Positions 49,516 to 59,635 of a stretch of 64,000 bases of DNA are shown piece by piece; positions within the stretch are counted from its first letter, which is position 1; each line of letters opens with the position of its first letter. The notes beneath the pieces were generated by a model, which saw only the letters and a program-made list of their open reading frames with translations, made no database searches and was not told the origin of the DNA. Origin of the DNA: an uncultured Candidatus Saccharibacteria bacterium (lineage in GTDB: Bacteria; Patescibacteriota; Minisyncoccia; UBA6257; JACOXY01); contig CAYHMC010000004.1 in NCBI GenBank assembly GCA_964357615.1, positions 25,722 to 89,721 on the forward strand, in the 5' to 3' direction. A program made the translations under genes and the position numbers.

Positions 49516-51264
49516 TTACTTCTTAAGCAATTCCTTAAAAACAGAAGCTGGAATTTCAACTCTTCCAATTGATTTTAATCGCTTTTTACCTCGTGCTTGT
49601 TTTTTCCATAATTTCATTTTTCGTGTCCTATCTCCTCCATACAAATAGCCAGTGACATCCTTTTTTAACGCAGAAATATTTTCTCTCGCAATTATTCTAC
49701 CCATTGCTTTACCTTGCAAAGATTGAACAAATTGTGCTTTTGGAAGTAAATCTTTTAATTTTTCAACCATTATTCTAGCTTCGCTCTCAGCCTCATCTCG
49801 CCTTACAACCCTTGTTAATCCCGGAACAATTTCATTCGCGACTAAAATTTCCAATTTTGTTAAACTAGCTGTTTCATATCCACCAAGCTCATAGCTAAAA
49901 GATGCATACCCAGAAGAAATTGATTTTAGTTTATCGTCGAAATCACTTACTAAATCGGTAAGTGACATTTGTCCTCGAACAATCATATAGTCACCAAAAC
50001 TTTCTGTATTTAAATTTTTTAAATGAAAAACATTCTGAAGCGTAAAAACACTACCGAGATATTCTGGTGGTGTCACAATCTCAATATGCACAGTCGGCTC
50101 TTCAGCTAGTTCATAATCATCTGGAAAATCTTTTGGGGTCTTTACTTCATTCCATTCATTGTTTATTTTAATGCGATAAGAAACCGATGGAAAACTTGAA
50201 ACTGTTTCTAAATTAAATTCGCGTTTTAATCTTTCAGTAATAATTTCAAAATGTAGTCTACCCAAAAACCCGCATCTAAACCCACGACCAAGCACTTCGC
50301 TCATTTCTGGTTCAAAATTAAAAGACACATCATTTAAACGAAGCCTATGAAGTGCGCTTTTTAAATCATCATAATCAGTTTCTTCGGTTGGATAAAGCGC
50401 TGCAAACACAACTGGCTTAGGTAACTTATATCCCGGAAGCGCGACTTCACCTATGGTATCTCCGATATTTAATATATCAGGATCTTTAATTCCAGTTGCA
50501 ATATAACCGATTTCTCCTTCTGGAATATTATCTCCAATTTTCATTTTAGGAGCAAAATAACCAACTTCTTTTATTTTAAAGTCTGCATCTGCAACAACTA
50601 ATTTAGTTAAATCATCTCTTTTAAATGAGCCACCAAAAACTCTAACATGGGCAACTATTCCTTTGTGGTCATGATAAATAGAATCAAAAACTAGTGCAGC
50701 TTTTTTAGTCCCAATGAAATCAGGTTTTTTTGGTGGGGGCAATTTATTTATTACCGCTTGAAGTAATTCCTCAACCCCTTCGCCAGTTTTTCCAGAAACT
50801 CTATAAATTTCTTCTGGCGCACAACCAATTAATTTAGCGGTGTCTCTTAAAATTGTTTCTAAGTCTTTTGGATGGGCATCAATTTTACTTAAAGCTCCAA
50901 TTATTTTGAGTCCAGCTTTTTGCGCCATATAAAAATTTGCCAGCGTTTGCGCCTGAATTCCTTGAGTGGAATCAACAAGCAAAATAGCGCCTTCAACAGC
51001 AAATAATGCACGGGAAACTTCATAAGCAAAATCTGAATGTCCTGGCGTATCTATCAAATTCAAAATATGGCCCTTATAGATCATTTTAACTGGCGCCATT
51101 TTGATTGTAATGCCTCTTTCGCGCTCAAGATCCATTTGATCAAGAAATTGTGCCTGCATTTGACGCTTCTCAATTGTATTGGTTATCTCAAGCATTCTAT
51201 CTGCAAGCGTGCTTTTACCATGGTCAATGTGGGCGGTTATTAGAAAATTACGAATATTATTCAT
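49516..51264 (-). CDS. lepA: Elongation factor 4 (LepA)
   Basis: AHIDHGKSTLADR, ERERGITIK, DTPGH, GFRCGFLG.LH, YGGD.TRK.KL..KQ. Confidence 0.97.
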   Translation of the reverse strand: MNNIRNFLITAHIDHGKSTLADRMLEITNTIEKRQMQAQFLDQMDLERERGITIKMAPVKMIYKGHILNLIDTPGHSDFAYEVSRALFAVEGAILLVDSTQGIQAQTLANFYMAQKAGLKIIGALSKIDAHPKDLETILRDTAKLIGCAPEEIYRVSGKTGEGVEELLQAVINKLPPPKKPDFIGTKKAALVFDSIYHDHKGIVAHVRVFGGSFKRDDLTKLVVADADFKIKEVGYFAPKMKIGDNIPEGEIGYIATGIKDPDILNIGDTIGEVALPGYKLPKPVVFAALYPTEETDYDDLKSALHRLRLNDVSFNFEPEMSEVLGRGFRCGFLGRLHFEIITERLKREFNLETVSSFPSVSYRIKINNEWNEVKTPKDFPDDYELAEEPTVHIEIVTPPEYLGSVFTLQNVFHLKNLNTESFGDYMIVRGQMSLTDLVSDFDDKLKSISSGYASFSYELGGYETASLTKLEILVANEIVPGLTRVVRRDEAESEARIMVEKLKDLLPKAQFVQSLQGKAMGRIIARENISALKKDVTGYLYGGDRTRKMKLWKKQARGKKRLKSIGRVEIPASVFKELLKK

Positions 51265-51317
51265 TCCTGCTAATATAGCACGAAATTAATAAATTTATCT
51301 ACCCATTTGATTCCATT

Positions 51318-51563
51318 TTGATTAGTGTTAGACTTCGAATGGCAAATTTAAAGCGGGGGAATTGGTTGTCCAAAAAAGCATCCATTAGATATGTCTCTTG
51401 TGTTTGCAAAAGTAAATTGTGGTCACTCGATATAGTTCAAAAAATTGAGTGCGTAACACATTTAAAAATTATATGCTCGCGGTGCGGATTGGGATTACCC
51501 GACTACGGCAAGCATCTCTATGTTATTTGTAGTCAATCTATGCACTCAGAAAGCAGCCCGTAA
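51318..51563 (+). CDS. Small Cys-rich hypothetical protein
   Basis: CVCKS and CSRCG motifs; likely start ATG 51339; hairpin after the stop. Confidence 0.4.
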   Translation: MISVRLRMANLKRGNWLSKKASIRYVSCVCKSKLWSLDIVQKIECVTHLKIICSRCGLGLPDYGKHLYVICSQSMHSESSP

Positions 51564-51569
51564 ACAGGG

Positions 51570-51722
51570 CTATTTTTTATTCAAAAACTTATAAATTTCT
51601 AAATAACATTTTTTACACAAATGAAATTTTTTTACTAAATTATTTCTTGGTGGACTAAGTAAAATTCCACCATAATCATTTAGTTCTTTTCTGCACTTGG
51701 AGCACTTAGGTTTTATCGCCAT
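51570..51722 (-). CDS. 50-aa zinc-finger-like micro-protein
   Basis: Manual translation MAIKPKCSKCRKELNDYGGILLSPP...FHLCKKCYLEIYKFLNKK*; two CxxC; 9 nt downstream of the DUF4012 gene. Confidence 0.7.
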   Translation of the reverse strand: MAIKPKCSKCRKELNDYGGILLSPPRNNLVKKFHLCKKCYLEIYKFLNKK

Positions 51723-51731
51723 AAATAATTT

Positions 51732-53900
51732 CTAAATTTCTTCCAGTGTTAAATTAATTATTGTTCGGGATGATGGAAATTCTTCTTCATAATTAAAAAT
51801 TGAATTTTTAGATTCCTTCCACCTAAAACCCGGTGGAGCTTCGATAACAAAATTAATACTACTATTAACACCTGATTGTTTATCAAATACTATTTGATAA
51901 GTTTCGTCTTTTGAGAGCTTTATAACTTCGGGTCTCTCGTAGTTAAATGTTATCGTGCTTGAAGTTTTGGGATTTGTGTATCTCCATGCTGAAAACACAT
52001 TTTTTCCGCTTTCTATGTTCAAATTTTCTAATTTACTGATTTCTGGATCGACTACAAATTGACCAGCGGTATAAGCAGTAAGCGGTTTAACACTACGCAC
52101 AGTTTCCCCTTTAATATCTACGAGGGAAGTACCTTTTGGTGTCAGCAAGCGTAGATAATTTTTATTTATTGCGTTATACCAATAATATTTACTATTACCA
52201 CCTTTGTGTTCCCTTAAAATCGTAACGCTATTGGTTGCTTTGCCACTTATATCAATAGACGATTTCATTGTAATTTTTTGTTCAATAAAGGCATCTGTTT
52301 TGCCACTAGCTATGTTTGCATTAATAACCGCAAGATAGTCGCTATTTATATCACCTTGCTCCTCAAACACTGTTCCACCAACATTATACTCAATCATAAA
52401 TTGTTCCATCGATTTGTCTTTAAAATATATCTGCATATTTTTTGACATCAAATTATCTTTGAGAATACCGAACAATTTTTCCTTGCCCTCACTTCCAAGC
52501 CCAGATAGATTTTCCAATATTTTTGGTGTTAAATCCGACAATATTTTTTTAGGTTGATTTTTTAATTTATTTTGTCCCGCTTCAACTTCTTGCTGAATTT
52601 TTTCTAGGAAATTTTCTTGTGTAATTGTTAAGCCATAAGAAGGCAATTCTATTGATCCGGTAATTCCGAGCAATTCCTCCATAACATTAGTATTAATTGC
52701 GACTGCCCCAATAAACGAAATTTGTTTTTCCTTATAAAATAAGGAATCCTCTAACAAACCAATGACCTTCTCTGCTGAAGTTTTATAATCAAAAAACCAA
52801 TTTGCATCACGAGCTTCCCAGCTTGGCGTAATTGATTGTAATTGTTTTGGTGGTATAACTTTTTTCTTCACCCATCCATCAGGGTCGTAAATATCTCGCA
52901 CATCAATTGCGTTTAGTGCGCCGTCTTTTATGGTTAAGTCTGCATAACTTCCAATAAAGCCTCCACTCGGTCTAATTTCAGAAGAATTTTGAAATAACAA
53001 TAAGAGATGAACGGGCTCCTTATTTGTAAAAATAGAAATTAAGGAATTTATAAATTCCTTTGCGTTATGTCCTTCTCCTATGCCTATTGAGCTTGTTTTA
53101 GGATCTGGTAAATTCAATTCATTAAAGAGCGCTGAACCCGAAAGTGATGCGCTTAATTTTTGTAGTGTTTCACCAGAAGATACAACTTGCGATAAATTCA
53201 ATTGCATTGATTTTAATATTTCTGTAATTTTATCTCCCCTTCCATTCATAAAATGTGAAAGACCAGAGTTTTTTAGATTTGAAATATTATCATTCAAACC
53301 CATAGCGCCATCAAGAGCAATTTTAAACGTATCAAAAGATTGCTTTGCATTTTTTGCAACTGGAAAAAATGCACCCAGCATTGAACTAATTTTGAGAATC
53401 CCCCTCTGATTAAGTTTCTCGCTAATAATTTTTAAATTATCAGATGCGTTTTGAAATGAACTCCCGGCTTCGCTATTTTCAAAGTTACGAAATTGAATTA
53501 TTGCATTTTTAAGTTCATCTTGTGCTGAACTAAAATTTAAGAGGGTTTCGGATTTTAAATTATATAAACTAAGGCCATACAAAACGATAAACAAAACAAT
53601 ACACGAAAATATAAGTGTATGAAATTTATTTCTAACCTTCCTTTTATTTATTAATTGAGCATCTGATTTTGAACTCTGTCGTTTTAAATTAGAAAGTATA
53701 AATGTTGGATCTTGAGGTCGAATTTTGATTTCTTCTATTGGCGTTCCTTTTATTTTTACATCAATTGTTTTAGCCTCATCAATATAATCAAACGAGCTAG
53801 GTACTACGCTACTAACAGTTATTTTTGGCTGCCTTTGTTTAAAAGTTTCTGGCGGACGAACATCGTGTAAGGATGTAATATTTTTTTTATTCTCTCTCAT
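51732..53900 (-). CDS. DUF4012 domain protein
   Basis: LLLFQN..EIRPSGGFIGSYA, RDANWF.D, N...KTD, NYLR.L.P.G, KQSG. Confidence 0.9.
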   Translation of the reverse strand: MRENKKNITSLHDVRPPETFKQRQPKITVSSVVPSSFDYIDEAKTIDVKIKGTPIEEIKIRPQDPTFILSNLKRQSSKSDAQLINKRKVRNKFHTLIFSCIVLFIVLYGLSLYNLKSETLLNFSSAQDELKNAIIQFRNFENSEAGSSFQNASDNLKIISEKLNQRGILKISSMLGAFFPVAKNAKQSFDTFKIALDGAMGLNDNISNLKNSGLSHFMNGRGDKITEILKSMQLNLSQVVSSGETLQKLSASLSGSALFNELNLPDPKTSSIGIGEGHNAKEFINSLISIFTNKEPVHLLLLFQNSSEIRPSGGFIGSYADLTIKDGALNAIDVRDIYDPDGWVKKKVIPPKQLQSITPSWEARDANWFFDYKTSAEKVIGLLEDSLFYKEKQISFIGAVAINTNVMEELLGITGSIELPSYGLTITQENFLEKIQQEVEAGQNKLKNQPKKILSDLTPKILENLSGLGSEGKEKLFGILKDNLMSKNMQIYFKDKSMEQFMIEYNVGGTVFEEQGDINSDYLAVINANIASGKTDAFIEQKITMKSSIDISGKATNSVTILREHKGGNSKYYWYNAINKNYLRLLTPKGTSLVDIKGETVRSVKPLTAYTAGQFVVDPEISKLENLNIESGKNVFSAWRYTNPKTSSTITFNYERPEVIKLSKDETYQIVFDKQSGVNSSINFVIEAPPGFRWKESKNSIFNYEEEFPSSRTIINLTLEEI

Positions 53901-53968
53901 AATTCAAATTTATTTTATGGCACAATTAAAAAACCTTTGTGTTTCCTATTCCTTTTATTATACAACAT

Positions 53969-55114
53969 CTAAGTGATTTTATTATACAACCCTAGCGTTC
54001 TTTTTGCAGAATCACTCCAAGAAAATCTCTTTGAATTTTTAATTCCACTCTCAATTAGTGTCTTTTTTAGACTATTAGTAGCTAAAATGGCTTTCATAGA
54101 ATCACATAACTCATCTACGCTCCATGGATTTATAAACTTTGCCGAATCCCCTAAAATTTCGGGCAGTGAGGTTCTGTTCGATGAAATAACTGGCACACCG
54201 CACGCCTGCGCCTCAAGTGGCTGAAAACCAAACCCCTCAAAAAAAGATGGGTATGCGAAAATTTCTGCTAAATTATAAAGAAAGACTCTGTCTTCAGATG
54301 TTGGTGAGCCAATAAATCTTATAGAACTTGCGTGATGCGTCCTTTCTATTTCTCTAAAAAGCTCTTTTGAAAGCCATCCTATTTTTCCTGCAAGCACTAG
54401 TTCAAAATCACTAAAGTTTGAGTCAGATTTAAGTTTATCAAAAGCGCGAATTAACGCTGGTATATTTTTTCTTGGCTCAAGCGTACCTAAATATAAAATA
54501 AATGGCTTGGTAAGCTTATTCTTCATTTTATAATCTAAAAGTTCCGCTGAATCTTTTTTAAGCACTCGAAATGATGAGTTAATTCCAGAATAGATTACAC
54601 TTATTTTTTCTTCTGGAATCCCAAGTAGGTCAACTAAGTCATTTTTAGTGAATTCAGATACCGCTATGCAATGAGTTGCATTTTTGGCTGTATTTCTAAA
54701 GCCTTGCAACCAATGCCAAACCTTTTGTTTGTTTGAAAAAAAATTTGGATGATGAAGAAAAGAAAGGTCATGAAAAGTTACTATATGGGGAAGTTTTGTT
54801 TTTAAAATATTAAAATGGGGACTAAACACCAATCTTCCTTTGCCTGTAAAATTTTCAACATTTGGAATACCAATAAAGCGTGATGACATATCCAAAATTT
54901 TATTTGGATATGATTTATCGATTACATTAATCCGAGGATTATTTACCCAAATGCTAGGAAGAGGTACTTTTTTAAAACCATTATAAAACATTAAATACTC
55001 TTCTTTTGCAGAAAGTAATAACAAATTATCTATTAGATTTGTCGTGTACTCTTCAATTCCAGAAAGTCCGCCCTTACTCAGCAATCGAACATCAATAATT
55101 ATTTTGTTATTCAT
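53969..55114 (-). CDS. GT4 family glycosyltransferase
   Basis: TFHDL, GTLEPRKN, PSFFEGFG.QPLEA.ACG.PV. Confidence 0.93.
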   Translation of the reverse strand: MNNKIIIDVRLLSKGGLSGIEEYTTNLIDNLLLLSAKEEYLMFYNGFKKVPLPSIWVNNPRINVIDKSYPNKILDMSSRFIGIPNVENFTGKGRLVFSPHFNILKTKLPHIVTFHDLSFLHHPNFFSNKQKVWHWLQGFRNTAKNATHCIAVSEFTKNDLVDLLGIPEEKISVIYSGINSSFRVLKKDSAELLDYKMKNKLTKPFILYLGTLEPRKNIPALIRAFDKLKSDSNFSDFELVLAGKIGWLSKELFREIERTHHASSIRFIGSPTSEDRVFLYNLAEIFAYPSFFEGFGFQPLEAQACGVPVISSNRTSLPEILGDSAKFINPWSVDELCDSMKAILATNSLKKTLIESGIKNSKRFSWSDSAKRTLGLYNKIT

Positions 55115-55149
55115 AATGCTTTAGTTTTAAAAAAATTATTTTGAAATAA

Positions 55150-55755
55150 CTATACCGCCGTTGGATCAGTAAAAAATATTTCTACGGTTTTAAAAATAAT
55201 CTTGATATCAAATACAAAAGATTGGTTTTTAATATAATAACTATCAAGTTCCAATTCCCTTAAAAATGGAAGTGACGATGCGCCACTCACTTGGCTAAGT
55301 CCTGTAACGCCAGCTTTAGACTCAATAAGTTCACGATATTCCTCGGGATATTTTGCAATTTCTTCTGGTTCATGTGGTCTCGGACCAACAAGCGCAAGTT
55401 CCCCTTTTAGCACATTAAATAACTGAGGAAATTCATCCAGTCGTGTTTTTCGAAGAAATTTACCAACGCGAGTAACTCTGGGATCATTTCTAATCTTAAA
55501 AAATGGCCCATCATTCCTTTCGTTTGAACTCACAAGGTTATATTTGAGATTCTGAGCTCCCGGAACCATAGAACGAAATTTATACACATTAACCATGCGA
55601 CCACGACTTACCCTAGGTAGCCTAACAAATATCGGTCCTTTTGAGTCCAATTTAATTGCAATTGCTATAAATGGTAAAAATGGGATAAGGAAAATAATTC
55701 CTAAAACCGAACCAAAGATATCTAAAATAATCTTACTGAAATAAGGTTGCGACAT
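55150..55755 (-). CDS. Bacterial sugar transferase (polyprenyl-phosphate phosphoglycosyltransferase)
   Basis: KFRSM, DPRVTRVGKFLRKTRLDEFPQL.NVLKG, VGPRP. Confidence 0.93.
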   Translation of the reverse strand: MSQPYFSKIILDIFGSVLGIIFLIPFLPFIAIAIKLDSKGPIFVRLPRVSRGRMVNVYKFRSMVPGAQNLKYNLVSSNERNDGPFFKIRNDPRVTRVGKFLRKTRLDEFPQLFNVLKGELALVGPRPHEPEEIAKYPEEYRELIESKAGVTGLSQVSGASSLPFLRELELDSYYIKNQSFVFDIKIIFKTVEIFFTDPTAV

Positions 55756-55917
55756 ATCACAATAATAATCGCAAATATCATTTACTTCAAACGGTAATCT
55801 AATTGAAAACACAGAAACTGAAAATTATGATACTAATATTTAAAATTCTATGTTAAAATCATGGTAATTAAGCATGGTGGTAGAAATTGCATAAAGCAAC
55901 TACTGCCTCAAAAATAA

Positions 55918-56048
55918 ATTAATCCCGTTAGAGATAGCGGACGCAAATCAAAAAAATTATGAAGGATGCGAAAAGTTTATTATATATATTTAATTCAATA
56001 GTTCGCATAGCGCCTTTTGCGTTTGCGTTCTATCTCTAACGGGATGAA
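55918..56048 (+). mobile_element. Start-codon-associated palindromic element, copy 2
   Basis: 16-bp IR ATCCCGTTAGAGATAG/CTATCTCTAACGGGAT; ATTAA and ATGAA 126 nt apart. Confidence 0.8.
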
Positions 56049-57228
56049 AGTTGCGCTAACTCATGATTATCTAAATCAACTAGGAGGAGCTGAACGCGTC
56101 CTTGAGGTTTTTGCAGAAATGTACCCAGATGCTCCAATTTATACTATTTTATACGATGAGCGTCTTACACTTGGAAAATTTTCTAATAAATTCATTAATG
56201 AATCAAAAAAATCACCAAATGAATCTGAACAAAAAAATACCGCAAGTAGCAAAAGAAAAATTATTACGAGCTTCTTAGATAATCCATTCGTAAGAAAAAA
56301 TCATAGATTATTTATTCCTTTGATGCCACTTGCAATGAGGTTTTTAAAGATTGGTCCAGAATATGATTTTGTAATCTCATCTTCAGCCGGCTTTGCAAAA
56401 GGAATAAGAATTAATAAAAATACTCATCACCTTGCATACATTCATACTCCCCTTCGGTACGCATGGGAAGAAAGTTATATACCGCCTGAATTTAATAGTT
56501 TTATGAAATTATTTTTCAAACCCCTGCTTTGGTACTTGAAAAGATGGGACTATAAAGTTGCCCAAAAACCAGATATATTAATTGCAAATTCATCATTTAT
56601 TTCATCTAAAATAAAACAATATTATAATAGAGACTCAATTGTAGTTTATCCACCTGTTGATCTTTCAGTTTTTTATCCCCCAGAAATTATTCCAGAAAAA
56701 AAAGAATATTTTCTTGCGGTCGGAAGGTTTTTGCATTACAAAAAATTTGATTTTGTGATTGAAGTTTTTCGAGAATTAGGACTGCATATCAAAATAGTTG
56801 GCCAAGGACCAGAAGAAGCGCGAATTAAAAAAATGGCTGAAGGGGCACCAAACATTGAATTTATTCCTTTCGTAGAATCAAATGCTGAACTTAGAAATTT
56901 ATACCAAAATGCTAGAGCATTAGTTTTTCCACAAATAGAAGATTTTGGTCTGGTGGCGGCAGAAGCAATAGCGTGTGGAACACCTGTAATTGCATATAAT
57001 GCTGGTGGTGCAAAAGAAATTGTAAATGCGCATTCTGGAACTCTATTTCCTCAACAAACAAAAAAATTCCTTATTAAAGGAATTAATGAATTTATTGCGA
57101 AAGAATTAAATTTTAAACCTGAAATTATTGCCGAACAAGCCAGAAAATTTTCTAAAGAAAACTTTATAGAAGAAATCGAAAAGATTATTAAAAAATATTT
57201 TAGTGATATGGGGCTATCCAACAGCTAA
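56044..57228 (+). CDS. GT4 family glycosyltransferase
   Basis: MKVAL.HDYL...GGAERVL, HTP.RYAW, EDFGLVAAEA.ACGTPV. Confidence 0.93.
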   Translation: MKVALTHDYLNQLGGAERVLEVFAEMYPDAPIYTILYDERLTLGKFSNKFINESKKSPNESEQKNTASSKRKIITSFLDNPFVRKNHRLFIPLMPLAMRFLKIGPEYDFVISSSAGFAKGIRINKNTHHLAYIHTPLRYAWEESYIPPEFNSFMKLFFKPLLWYLKRWDYKVAQKPDILIANSSFISSKIKQYYNRDSIVVYPPVDLSVFYPPEIIPEKKEYFLAVGRFLHYKKFDFVIEVFRELGLHIKIVGQGPEEARIKKMAEGAPNIEFIPFVESNAELRNLYQNARALVFPQIEDFGLVAAEAIACGTPVIAYNAGGAKEIVNAHSGTLFPQQTKKFLIKGINEFIAKELNFKPEIIAEQARKFSKENFIEEIEKIIKKYFSDMGLSNS

Positions 57229-57317
57229 GGAATTTAGATTTTTTTAGCTATTTATAATGATTTTAAATAAAAATGACCCACACTAACTAAAGCGTGGGCC
57301 AAACTCAATTCCACAAA

Positions 57318-57692
57318 TCAGACAAAAAAGCTTGATGTAAGTCTCGACATAAAAGCAGAGAGATAAAGAGTGGCGAAAATTTGGAGTGGTCCAACTACAT
57401 CAGGAAAGATATCGTCGGTATTTAGGCCAAATGTTGCCCAAAACCCCATAATGCCCCACACCACACAAGCCAAGAAAAGATAATTGTGAGTATAAGAGGT
57501 GTAATAAAACCCAGCGAGTAGTGAAGCCACAAACACGACTGACGCTGGAGAAATTACTTCTGGATAATAAATCAAATCCAAGTTAAAGATTGTTCCATCA
57601 GGCCACGCTTTGATGATGACCACGACCACCTCAATCCAAAATATTGAGGTTACTCCAACTATGAAGATGCGCTTCCAGTCAATGTTTTGCAT
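57318..57692 (-). CDS. Hypothetical membrane protein (orphan cassette)
   Basis: 4 TM; AGGAGG SD; TTGACA-16-TAGAAT promoter. Confidence 0.65.
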   Translation of the reverse strand: MQNIDWKRIFIVGVTSIFWIEVVVVIIKAWPDGTIFNLDLIYYPEVISPASVVFVASLLAGFYYTSYTHNYLFLACVVWGIMGFWATFGLNTDDIFPDVVGPLQIFATLYLSAFMSRLTSSFFV

Positions 57693-57821
57693 GACACATC
57701 GTCCTCCTATGATTGGATTTTGGGGGATCTAGTAGGATATTCTACTATAAAATTTATATTTGTCAAGCTATATAAATAAAGCTCTATGGAAAGAACTTTT
57801 ACAAAGTTGTATTCTAATTAG

Positions 57822-58682
57822 ATGAAGAAAATGAAAGAACAAAAAAATAAACCTTATGAAACTTTAATTTATTATCGTGATGACAATAATGAAGCAAAAT
57901 CATGGGAAGAAAAAATTATAAATCAATTAAAAAAGAATGGAATTAAAATTAACTTAGATTCCGAAAAACCAGAAGTCGTAATTATTTTGGGTGGCGATGG
58001 AACTATTCTTGAAGCAGTTAGGAAATTTAGTAAATTCAATCCCCTATTTCTGGGACTTAACTTGGGTCATGTTGGTTTTTTAGCATCAGTTAGAGATGAA
58101 AATGAATTTATCAATGCTATTAATAAATTTATCGAAAATAAATATTCGATTACAGAAAGAATGATGATGGATTCAAAAGTTATGAGAAATAAGAAAATTA
58201 TTAAAAATTACACTGCACTAAATGATGTATCGATTCAGAACCTTTTGGGTATGGTTAAGCTCTCGGTTTCGATTGATAATCATCCCCTACAAAATATTCA
58301 TGGCTCTGGAATGCTTGTTGCAACAGCAACGGGCTCAACTGCCTACAACTTATCTGCACACGGTCCGATTGTAATGCCAGATATTCGTTGTTTTATTATT
58401 ACTGAAATATTAGATCACAACATTCCAACTCCACCGCTTGTAGTAAAACAAAACAGAATTATTGAAATTAAGGTGGAAAGTTTTAGAAAAAGAGAACCGT
58501 TTTTACTTCAATACGACGGCACTCCAGCAGATGTAATCATTTCAGCAGACGGAGAATCAATTTTTGCATTGCAAGAAAAAGATATCGTAAGAATAACCGA
58601 ATCTTTATGTTCCGTTCGTTTTGTAGAATTTGAGGATAATTACTTTTTTAAGAGTCTCGCTGAGAAGTTTTCTTTTCGTTAG
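57822..58682 (+). CDS. nadK: NAD kinase
   Basis: LGGDGT, N.G.VGFL, ALND, ATATGSTAYNLSAHGP. Confidence 0.93.
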   Translation: MKKMKEQKNKPYETLIYYRDDNNEAKSWEEKIINQLKKNGIKINLDSEKPEVVIILGGDGTILEAVRKFSKFNPLFLGLNLGHVGFLASVRDENEFINAINKFIENKYSITERMMMDSKVMRNKKIIKNYTALNDVSIQNLLGMVKLSVSIDNHPLQNIHGSGMLVATATGSTAYNLSAHGPIVMPDIRCFIITEILDHNIPTPPLVVKQNRIIEIKVESFRKREPFLLQYDGTPADVIISADGESIFALQEKDIVRITESLCSVRFVEFEDNYFFKSLAEKFSFR

Positions 58683-59010
58683 GTTTTTTAACTTCTCTTG
58701 CTTCTAAGTAAGGTTCGTCTGGGGTAATCTCTTTTTCAAACTCTGGGAAATATTTTTTAATTTCTCTAAGGTCGAAACTCTTAAAAATTAAATCTTGTTC
58801 TTCGCGATTTAACAAAAATTCAAATGATTTTTTTATTAAATCCGCCGGAGTTCCAATGCTTTTAGTTAATTTATGCCAATAGTCACGGTCAAGCGCAACG
58901 GTGTGTTCTGATCTAGATTCCTCATCACCAATCCAAACTACAAACTCCCATCCTTCATCGGTTGGAGATTGTTTTTGAACTTTTACTTTTACGGGCTTCT
59001 TTTGTGACAT
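58648..59010 (-). CDS. Hypothetical protein
   Basis: H.V, SFEFLL.RE...I...F.L..I..YFPEFE motif; 35-bp convergent overlap with nadK. Confidence 0.7.
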   Translation of the reverse strand: MSQKKPVKVKVQKQSPTDEGWEFVVWIGDEESRSEHTVALDRDYWHKLTKSIGTPADLIKKSFEFLLNREEQDLIFKSFDLREIKKYFPEFEKEITPDEPYLEAREVKKPNEKKTSQRDS

Positions 59011-59015
59011 ATAAA

Positions 59016-59591
59016 TTATTTAAGATCTAAGTGACTGTTTGGATTTAAATCCATATCATCTAAATTCGGAAATGGATAATGAATGCGGACTTCTGGATGC
59101 GCTTGTCTAATTTCTTTTATTAATACCCATGGTTTTATTGGTAGAGGAGCAAGTGGAATTTTAATAAAAGTTGAGTCGCTATATTTCGCTCTAGAAAAAA
59201 ATCTCTTTATGGCTGGCTGATTATTCAAAAATGTTTCTGGTTTTTTAAGTGCAACGCAAAGATATTCTTTATCAGTGGTCTTTTGATAAAATATTCTATC
59301 AATTTCAGGCCAAGAAATCAAGCCGTATTTTATCAAGGTGGAATTATCTTCAATTCCAGCTTCAGAAATTGAAATGCCAGATTTCCTTAAAAGCAATTTT
59401 GATAACTCACAAATTGATATAAGAACAAAAAGTGGAATGCAGAAATATAATAAAAATTGCGGAATTAAAGGCGAGAAACTAGTTAAAAATTCATTACTAG
59501 ATAAATTGTGACTAAGCACTACAAATACGATACCCAAAACAAGAAATGCGATACTGCGAAACCTATGCGGATAAATTTTAACTTGTTGCAT
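59016..59591 (-). CDS. STM3941-like membrane protein
   Basis: 2 TM then I...GI.D....G.I.W.EI, L.V.LK.PE.F. Confidence 0.65.
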   Translation of the reverse strand: MQQVKIYPHRFRSIAFLVLGIVFVVLSHNLSSNEFLTSFSPLIPQFLLYFCIPLFVLISICELSKLLLRKSGISISEAGIEDNSTLIKYGLISWPEIDRIFYQKTTDKEYLCVALKKPETFLNNQPAIKRFFSRAKYSDSTFIKIPLAPLPIKPWVLIKEIRQAHPEVRIHYPFPNLDDMDLNPNSHLDLK

Positions 59592-59635
59592 AATAAAAAT
59601 AACAAATAATAACCTAACTTTAGTTTAGCATATCC

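Noticed and set aside
55875-55907. GGTGGTAG hairpin between glycosylation genes, similar to ops/JUMPStart
   Set aside because: Mismatches the ops consensus GGCGGTAG..TG and no RfaH-like gene is in the window; too weak to call.
58648-58682. 35-bp convergent overlap of nadK and a hypothetical gene
   Set aside because: Short tail-to-tail overlaps are common in compact genomes; most likely a stop-codon extension.
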